Below, in pieces: positions 57,994 through 64,000 of a DNA stretch of 64,000 nucleotides. The DNA comes from Trueperaceae bacterium (lineage in GTDB: Bacteria; Deinococcota; Deinococci; Deinococcales; Trueperaceae), in the NCBI GenBank assembly GCA_040905465.1, contig JBBDRK010000049.1, forward strand, positions 64,001 through 128,000, written 5' to 3'. The position numbers and the translations under genes were made by a program. Position 1 is the first letter of the stretch. Each line of letters opens with the position of its first letter. Below the pieces are notes generated by a model, which worked only from the letters and a program-made list of their open reading frames with translations, was not told the DNA's origin and made no database searches.

Positions 57994-58789
57994 CAATCTG
58001 TCCAGCCTGTTCGTCTTCGATGTCGACGGCACGCTCCTCGACAGCGGGCTGCGGATTCTGCCGAGCACCAGGGCGTGCGTGCAGCAGCTCCTCCGAGCGG
58101 GGCATCGAATCGCGCTGGCCAGCGCCCGGCCGCCCAGGAGCGTCATGCAGCTCTCACAACAACTCCTGGGCACTGTGACCGAGATCATCTCGCTCAACGG
58201 AGCCTTCGTAACTCACGAGCGGGAGGTCCTCCTCGAGCGAACGATCCCGGCGATGGCCGTCACCGCATTAATTCGCAAGGGGCGCGAGTTTGGCATTGAG
58301 ACGAACCTGCTGGCAGGCTGGGAGTGGCTGGTGGAGGAGCGCGGACCGGGCGTGGAGGCCGAGACTGGCATCGTCGGCTTTGAACCGACCGTCGTCGCCG
58401 ACCTGGAACGGTGGTCGGGCCAGAGCGTGCACAAGGTCTTGCTGATAGGCGAGCACGACAAGGTCGCAGCGCTGCGGGAGTGGGCGCTCAAGAGTGCAAT
58501 GGGAATCGACGCCTCGCTGTCCAAGGAAACGTATTGCGAGGTGGTCGCCGATGGTACATCGAAGGCCGGGGCCGTGTTGTTCCTTGCCGAGAAACTTGCG
58601 ATCCCGCGCGAGCGCTTGATCACCTTTGGCGACGGCGAAAACGACCTGCCTATGATCGAAGCGGCGGGTGTGGGAGTCGCCATGGGCAACGCCATGGAGG
58701 CGGTAAAGGTGGCTGCAGGAGTGGTGACGGAAAGCAATGACGAAGACGGCATCGCCAATGCTCTGCGGCGCCTTGGATTCATCGAGTAA
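57986..58789 (+). CDS. Cof-type HAD-IIB sugar phosphatase
   Basis: DVDGTLL, ASAR, SKA, FGDGENDLPM, AMGNA. Confidence 0.93.
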   Translation: MDDNLSSLFVFDVDGTLLDSGLRILPSTRACVQQLLRAGHRIALASARPPRSVMQLSQQLLGTVTEIISLNGAFVTHEREVLLERTIPAMAVTALIRKGREFGIETNLLAGWEWLVEERGPGVEAETGIVGFEPTVVADLERWSGQSVHKVLLIGEHDKVAALREWALKSAMGIDASLSKETYCEVVADGTSKAGAVLFLAEKLAIPRERLITFGDGENDLPMIEAAGVGVAMGNAMEAVKVAAGVVTESNDEDGIANALRRLGFIE

Positions 58790-58815
58790 CAACTGAAAGT
58801 CGAGTGGAGGCAAGG

Positions 58816-59667
58816 ATGCCCGTTGCGCCTGAGAAGAGAAACAGCCTGAACGAAATCTTCGGCTCTGTTAAGCCGCTGATAGGGAACGTCCACTGCTTGC
58901 CTCTGCCGGGGGCGCCCAAATACCGGAATGAGCAGATGCACGAGCTCATCGAAAGGGCGATTGCGGACGCCAGGAACTACGCCATGGGCGGTATGGACGG
59001 CCTGCTGATCGAGAACCATGGCGATATCCCGTTCGTACAGCCCCACGAGATCGGCCACGAGACGGTCGCCGCTCTGACGGTGATCGCCAAAGCGGTCGGC
59101 GAGGAAACCGGCTTGCCATTCGGCATCAGCCTCCTGGCGAACTGTTCGATCGGCGCCCTGGCGGTCGCGAAGGCAAGCGGCGCGCGTTTCATTAGAGTGA
59201 ATCAATGGGTGAACGCCTATGTTAGCAATGAGGGGCTGATCCAGGGGGAGAGCGGCAAGGCTCTTCGCTACCGCAGGTCGATCGGAGCCGAAAACGTGGC
59301 TATATTTGCCGATGTGCACGTCAAACACGGGGCACACGCGATAGTTGCCGACCGGCCCGTGAGCGAACAGGCGAGCGACGTCGAGTTCTACGAAGCCGAC
59401 GTGGCGATCGCGACAGGCAACCGGACCGGCGACGCGGTGCCCGACAGCGAGATCGAGGAGATTCGCAGTGGCACGCGCCTGCCCATCATCGCCGGCAGCG
59501 GGGTCACCGTCGCCAACGCTTCGCAGGTGCTCGCACGAACCGACGGTGCGATAATCGGCTCGAGCCTGAAGCGGGATGGAATGTGGTGGAACGAGGTCGA
59601 GTTGAGCAGAGTGAAGGCATTGGTTGCAACGGTCCACGAGGTTCGCGGCAGAGCCGCAAAGCGTTGA
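58816..59667 (+). CDS. BtpA/SgcQ family TIM-barrel protein
   Basis: GNVHCLPLPGAP, IENHGDIPF, FIRVN, ADVHVKH, IATGNRTG, GSGV, IIGSSLK. Confidence 0.92.
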   Translation: MPVAPEKRNSLNEIFGSVKPLIGNVHCLPLPGAPKYRNEQMHELIERAIADARNYAMGGMDGLLIENHGDIPFVQPHEIGHETVAALTVIAKAVGEETGLPFGISLLANCSIGALAVAKASGARFIRVNQWVNAYVSNEGLIQGESGKALRYRRSIGAENVAIFADVHVKHGAHAIVADRPVSEQASDVEFYEADVAIATGNRTGDAVPDSEIEEIRSGTRLPIIAGSGVTVANASQVLARTDGAIIGSSLKRDGMWWNEVELSRVKALVATVHEVRGRAAKR

Positions 59668-59716
59668 CCGACGGTTTACCATTTCGCCACTTGGCCGTGC
59701 TACAATGCCACTTGAC

Positions 59717-60169
59717 ATGGCAGACGCCATCCCGAACCTTTACCGTGCACAAGCGCCCGCTCCGACTCCATTCGGCGAGAACATCGGCCTTTGCGAGACC
59801 GACGTGCACGGACTCATCGGCGCGCTCAAGCGGGGGCTGCCGGTAGCGGCGTTCGATAAACTGCGCGGCACGCTCGAGATGACAAGGGTGGAGTTGGCAA
59901 CCGTTATCGGCATCAGCGAACGCACACTGGCTCGGCGACTCAAGGCTGGGCGATTCAACTCCGACGAGAGCGAGCGCATCTACCGGATGGCTCGGCTGCT
60001 GGCGATGGCCACTGACGTACTCGAGTCAGGCAAGGAGGCGTCGGTCTGGCTGAAAACTCCCAAACGCTACTTGAAGGGGACGGCGCCGCTCTCTTACGCC
60101 GACACGGAGGTAGGCGCGCAGGCGGTCGAGCGGCTACTGGGCAGAATCGAGCACGGCGTCTTCAGTTGA
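59717..60169 (+). CDS. Xre/MbcA/ParS-type antitoxin
   Basis: HTH ISERTLARR, ESER, WLKTP...L.G..P, LGRIEHGVFS. An extended -10 (TGCTACAAT, about 59698-59706) lies upstream. Confidence 0.9.
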   Translation: MADAIPNLYRAQAPAPTPFGENIGLCETDVHGLIGALKRGLPVAAFDKLRGTLEMTRVELATVIGISERTLARRLKAGRFNSDESERIYRMARLLAMATDVLESGKEASVWLKTPKRYLKGTAPLSYADTEVGAQAVERLLGRIEHGVFS

Positions 60170-60209
60170 CCGTCACCATCGCCGACTCTCACCACGTCAT
60201 CATCTCGCG

Positions 60210-60671
60210 TTGATCCTGACGGCCTACCGCCTCATCAAAGCCAAGTACGCGGACACCGCCTTCAGCGGCGAAGGCTCCCGGCTCAATGGTGGCCGCTGGA
60301 GCCCGCCCGGACTCCCGGTCGTCTATCTGGCCGGCTCGCTGCCGCTGGCGGTGCTCGAAATCCTGGTTCACCTGGAACGGCCAACAGTTCTCGGTAGCTA
60401 CGTCTTCTTCGAGGTCAGCTTTTCGGAAGAAACGGTGCTCGCGCTCGACGATGACGACCTGCCCGAAGGCTGGCGCTCGGACCCGGAACCTCTCGCGACC
60501 GCCACCATAGGTGCAAACTGGATCTCAGGGCAAGCTTCGCTGCTGTTGCGGGTTCCCAGCGCGGTCGTACCGCAGAACCACAACTACCTGCTTAATCCGG
60601 CTCATCCCGACATCACTCGGGCCGAGATCGCCGGACCGTTTCCGTTCGATGTGGACCACCGGCTCGGATAG
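60210..60671 (+). CDS. RES domain toxin (putative NAD+ phosphorylase)
   Basis: YRL, GEGS...GGRW, VYLA, LE, VPSA, NYLLNPAHP, DHRL. Confidence 0.92.
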   Translation: MILTAYRLIKAKYADTAFSGEGSRLNGGRWSPPGLPVVYLAGSLPLAVLEILVHLERPTVLGSYVFFEVSFSEETVLALDDDDLPEGWRSDPEPLATATIGANWISGQASLLLRVPSAVVPQNHNYLLNPAHPDITRAEIAGPFPFDVDHRLG

Positions 60672-60701
60672 CAGGTCTGGCAGCGTCCGAAGTCGTGATC
60701 G

Positions 60702-61376
60702 CTAGCGACCAACCACCAGAACCTCGAGGTTACGCGGCCCATGGACACCCTCCACACGCTGCAACTCGATGTCCGACGTCGCCGAGGGACCGCTGATGAA
60801 GGTGAGCGCCCGGCCACCAGCTACCGCCTCCCGCAGGCTCCGTACCGCCTCCGGCACCGAGCCGAGGATCTGCTCGTCCCGCACGATGCACAGGTGGTAG
60901 TCGGGGATCAACGACAATGCGCGGCGGCCCTGACCGGGGCCGCCGTCCAGCACTATCGTTCCGGTGGGAGCGATCGCAAGTGCACAGGTCGTGATCACTC
61001 CGTCGACAGACGCCAGGGTCTCCAGGTCGACGGAGTCCCCCAACAGTTCGGGGCCGGCTGGTCGCCAGGCCTCCGGGAAGCCGGCGGGAACCAGCAACCG
61101 CGTGAAACGCCGGTCGGCGCAAGCAGTTGCGGCGATCTCGGCGATCTCGGTCTCCTCGACCACCCGAACGCCGGCGCGGTACTCGCCGACCATCTCGACG
61201 AATTGGGCCACCCGGACTTCCGTCGCCCGTTCGTCCCGCATCAGATAGGAACGCTCCACGGGCTCGCCAAGGTCGTCTGCGCTGCCGGCACCTCTGCCCG
61301 CCCCGGCGCCGGCGCCACCGCCTGTGCCCGCCAGTGCCGACCGGATCCTTGCCAGCATCGCCTCCCTGGTACTCAC
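60702..61376 (-). CDS. lutC: Lactate utilization protein C (LUD domain)
   Basis: [29 protein letters not shown]. Confidence 0.9.
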   Translation of the reverse strand: MSTREAMLARIRSALAGTGGGAGAGAGRGAGSADDLGEPVERSYLMRDERATEVRVAQFVEMVGEYRAGVRVVEETEIAEIAATACADRRFTRLLVPAGFPEAWRPAGPELLGDSVDLETLASVDGVITTCALAIAPTGTIVLDGGPGQGRRALSLIPDYHLCIVRDEQILGSVPEAVRSLREAVAGGRALTFISGPSATSDIELQRVEGVHGPRNLEVLVVGR

Positions 61377-62812
61377 TGCCGATCACCGTGGCGTTTCTTC
61401 CACCACTCCCTGAAAAACTCCTTCGGCACCGCCCGCAGGTCCCGCGTGGCACTCCAGCCGCGCAGGTAACCGGGCAGGCTCTCGATCCGGCCCCGGCGTA
61501 CGAAGGGCAGCTGCGCCACCCGGCTCACTCGCTGCGCCCGCTCGTACAGTCGCGGGCTGGCGAAAACCCGCGCGGCCGCCCGCATGGCCAGCCGCTCGGG
61601 ATCCAGCGAGGACCGCAACCCGCCCCGCTCGCTTCTCGCTGCCACCACCTGCCCGCGCAGGTGCACCAGCAGCTCCGGAATGTTTATCTTCACCGGGCAG
61701 GCGTCGAAGCACGCGCCGCACAGCGTCGATGCGTAGGGAAGCGATTCGAAGCGGGCCAGCTCGCGCAGCTGCGGTGTGAGCACGGCCCCGATCGGACCGG
61801 GGTAGACCGAGCCGTACGCGTGCCCGCCGGTACGCTCGTAGACCGGGCAGGCGTTGAGGCAGGCGCTGCAGCGGATGCAGTGCAATGCTTCGCGGCCGAC
61901 CTCGTTCGCCAGCACCTTGCTGCGGCCGTTGTCGAGCAGCACCAGGTGGAACTCCCGGGGACCGTCGACCTGATGGACTCCCGTCCAGAACGAGGTGTAG
62001 GGGTTCATCCGTTCGCCGGTGGAGGAGCGCGGCAGCAGTTGCAGGAACACCTCCATGTCCTGCCAGGACGGCACTAGCTTCTCGATCCCCATGACGGTGA
62101 TCAGGGTTCGGGGCAGCGTGATGCACATGCGACCGTTGCCCTCCGACTCCACCACGCATACTGTGCCGGTTTCGGCCACCGCGAAGTTGGCGCCGCTGAT
62201 GCCGACCGTCGTGCTCAGGAACTTCTGGCGCAAGTACTTGCGGGCGGCGCGGGTGAGGTCGGCGGGGTCGTCGCTCAACCCGGTCTCTCCCAGGGTCCGG
62301 GCGAACAGCTCCCTGATTTCCGAGCGATTCTTGTGGATCGCCGGAACCAGGATGTGGCTGGATGCCTCGCCGGCCAACTGGATTATCAGCTCGGCGAGAT
62401 CGGTCTCGATGGCCTGCACGCCAGCGTCCGCCAGAGCGTCGTTGAGGCGGATCTCGTCGGTAGTGAGCGACTTGACCTTGATCGCCTCGGAAGAACCGGT
62501 TCGCCGCACCAGCTCACCGACGATGCGATTCGCCTCGTCGCCATCCTCGGCCCAGTGCACGGTGCCGCCGGCGGCAGTCACCCGCTCCTCCAGTTGCAAC
62601 AGGTAGGAGTCGAGGTTTCGCATCGTCTGCGCCTTGATGCGCCGGCCGGCCTCGCGCAACTGCTCCCAGTCGGGCAGTTCGGCGGTCAGTGCAAGGCGCT
62701 TGGCACGGATTGCGCTGGTGGCCTTGCCCAGGTTGCGCCTCAACTGGGAGTCTTCGAGCGCCACCTTCGCCGCGTCGGGAAACGGCACCATCGGTAGCTC
62801 AAGGCGTGACAT
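61373..62812 (-). CDS. lutB: Lactate utilization protein B (Fe-S)
   Basis: [45 protein letters not shown]. Confidence 0.93.
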   Translation of the reverse strand: MSRLELPMVPFPDAAKVALEDSQLRRNLGKATSAIRAKRLALTAELPDWEQLREAGRRIKAQTMRNLDSYLLQLEERVTAAGGTVHWAEDGDEANRIVGELVRRTGSSEAIKVKSLTTDEIRLNDALADAGVQAIETDLAELIIQLAGEASSHILVPAIHKNRSEIRELFARTLGETGLSDDPADLTRAARKYLRQKFLSTTVGISGANFAVAETGTVCVVESEGNGRMCITLPRTLITVMGIEKLVPSWQDMEVFLQLLPRSSTGERMNPYTSFWTGVHQVDGPREFHLVLLDNGRSKVLANEVGREALHCIRCSACLNACPVYERTGGHAYGSVYPGPIGAVLTPQLRELARFESLPYASTLCGACFDACPVKINIPELLVHLRGQVVAARSERGGLRSSLDPERLAMRAAARVFASPRLYERAQRVSRVAQLPFVRRGRIESLPGYLRGWSATRDLRAVPKEFFREWWKKRHGDRQ

Positions 62813-63698
62813 CGGCGCCCTCCACCCGGCCGCTGCGACTGTGGCCGATCCCGCCAGCGCCATCCGCGTCCCCGCTCACATCTCGAGTGCGGCCGATCCA
62901 GCCACCATCGATCCCGCCCCTGTTCTCCTCAGTACGGCCGCCACTATCCGCCGGCGCCTCCGCTGCATCATCCATCGTGCTGGCGAGGATCTCGGCGAGA
63001 TGGACTGCCCGCACGCCGGTTCGGCCCCGCGACAACGCTCCACCAATGTGCATCAGGCAGGAGTTGTCGGCCGCCACGCACGCTTCCGCTTTGGTGGAGA
63101 GCACGTTGGCCACCTTGTCGCTCAGCATCGCCATGCTCGTATCGGAATTCTTCACGGCGAAGGTGCCGCCGAAGCCACAGCACGTTTCGGCATCGGGCAA
63201 CTGCACGATCTCGATACCGCGCACCGCCCGAAGCAGCTTCAGCGGAGCGTCACCCACCCGAATCGCACGCAGGCTGTGACATGTGGGGTGATAGGTCACG
63301 CGGTGCGGGTAGTAGGCGCCCACGTCCTCAACCCCCAGTTGCCCCACCAGGAACTCCGAGAGTTCGAAGGTGCGCTCCCCCACCGCTTCGACGGCCGCAA
63401 CCAGTTCTTCGTCACCAACCTGCCGGGCGAGGTACGGGTAGAACTCGCGTACCATCCCCACGCATGAAGCCGACGGCGCCACGACCGCGTCGCCGCCGGC
63501 GAATACCTCGACGAAACGGCGGGCCAAGGTCAGGGCCTCCTGCTGGTAACCGGTGTTGAAGTGCATCTGCCCGCAGCACGTTTGCGCGGCCGGGAAGTCC
63601 ACCTGCAAGCCGACTCGTTCCAGCACCCGCGTCATTGCCACCGCCGCCTCGGGATAGAGCGTGTCTACATAGCAGGGGACGAAGAGTGAGACTTGCAA
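62799..63698 (-). CDS. lutA: Lactate utilization protein A (CCG-domain Fe-S protein)
   Basis: QTCCGQ, SASC, YHPTCH, CCGFGGTF, SCLMHI. Confidence 0.93.
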   Translation of the reverse strand: MQVSLFVPCYVDTLYPEAAVAMTRVLERVGLQVDFPAAQTCCGQMHFNTGYQQEALTLARRFVEVFAGGDAVVAPSASCVGMVREFYPYLARQVGDEELVAAVEAVGERTFELSEFLVGQLGVEDVGAYYPHRVTYHPTCHSLRAIRVGDAPLKLLRAVRGIEIVQLPDAETCCGFGGTFAVKNSDTSMAMLSDKVANVLSTKAEACVAADNSCLMHIGGALSRGRTGVRAVHLAEILASTMDDAAEAPADSGGRTEENRGGIDGGWIGRTRDVSGDADGAGGIGHSRSGRVEGADVTP

Positions 63699-63745
63699 GA
63701 GCGGCTCCTTCCAGCAAGCGGCAGGATCAGGTATCGGCGTCTACA

Positions 63746-64000
63746 TTACCGCGGCACCGTAAGCACGATCTTGCCGATGTTCCTGTTCGCTTCCATGTAG
63801 GCGTGAGCCTCCTCGGCCTGGTCGATCGGAAAGGTTCGGTCGATCACCGGCCGCAGCACCCCGCTCTGCAGGTCGGCACCGAATCGCGCCAGGAACTCGT
63901 CCTTGAGAGAGATCTTCTCTGCAACCGGTCTGCTTCGCAGCGTCGCGCCGACCAGTTCCAGTCGTTTGCGGGTCAGGCTGTAGATGTCGAGCTCGAGCTT
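63746..64000 (-). CDS. NAD(P)H:quinone oxidoreductase (PIG3-like), C-terminal part only
   Basis: KRLELVGATLRSRP...PVIDRTFP...AHAYMEANRNIGKIVL*. The frame runs off the right edge. Confidence 0.85.
   Translation of the reverse strand, partial: KLELDIYSLTRKRLELVGATLRSRPVAEKISLKDEFLARFGADLQSGVLRPVIDRTFPIDQAEEAHAYMEANRNIGKIVLTVPR

Noticed and set aside
59717-60671. Xre-RES pair as a novel system
   Set aside because: A well-described type II toxin-antitoxin family with canonical motifs.
1-64000. CRISPR arrays, tRNA/rRNA genes, transposases, integrases, known riboswitches
   Set aside because: No regularly spaced repeats or recognisable motifs were seen by eye. A covariance-model search would be needed to exclude small RNAs.

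Overview
High-GC bacterial window dominated by solute uptake and catabolism. The many signal peptides ending in -A-Q suggest Deinococcota (Truepera-like); this is an inference. From left to right: (1) 1-6.3 kb, a patchwork of gene fragments around an intact AAA ATPase. (2) A DmpA peptidase, a peptide-binding protein and an amidase. (3) 10.9-25 kb, an uncharacterised catabolic island: CapA-like hydrolase, two amidohydrolases, GntR, aldehyde dehydrogenase, a LysA-fold decarboxylase with altered specificity residues, class III aminotransferase, Fe-S flavin ene-reductase, TRAP transporter and PTE-family hydrolase. (4) 25.2-25.9 kb, a scrambled remnant duplicating parts of 35-37 kb. (5) 26-35 kb, a FadR-controlled island with peptide ABC genes, an aspartoacylase-like enzyme, an SDR, an MFS transporter and a proline-racemase-family enzyme with an atypical Cys/Ser active site. 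(6) DUF1338, YczE, a PhyH dioxygenase, GH42, a sugar ABC, LacI and araBDA. (7) Head-to-head truncated dnaE2-like and udgX-like genes. (8) 51.3-59.7 kb, a GntR / sugar ABC / M42-like / PfkB / HAD / BtpA operon resembling a PTS-free version of the E. coli sgc operon. (9) An Xre-RES toxin-antitoxin pair, lutABC and a partial quinone oxidoreductase. I found no CRISPR array, tRNA, rRNA or transposase. All calls come from recognising motifs by eye; no database search was run.
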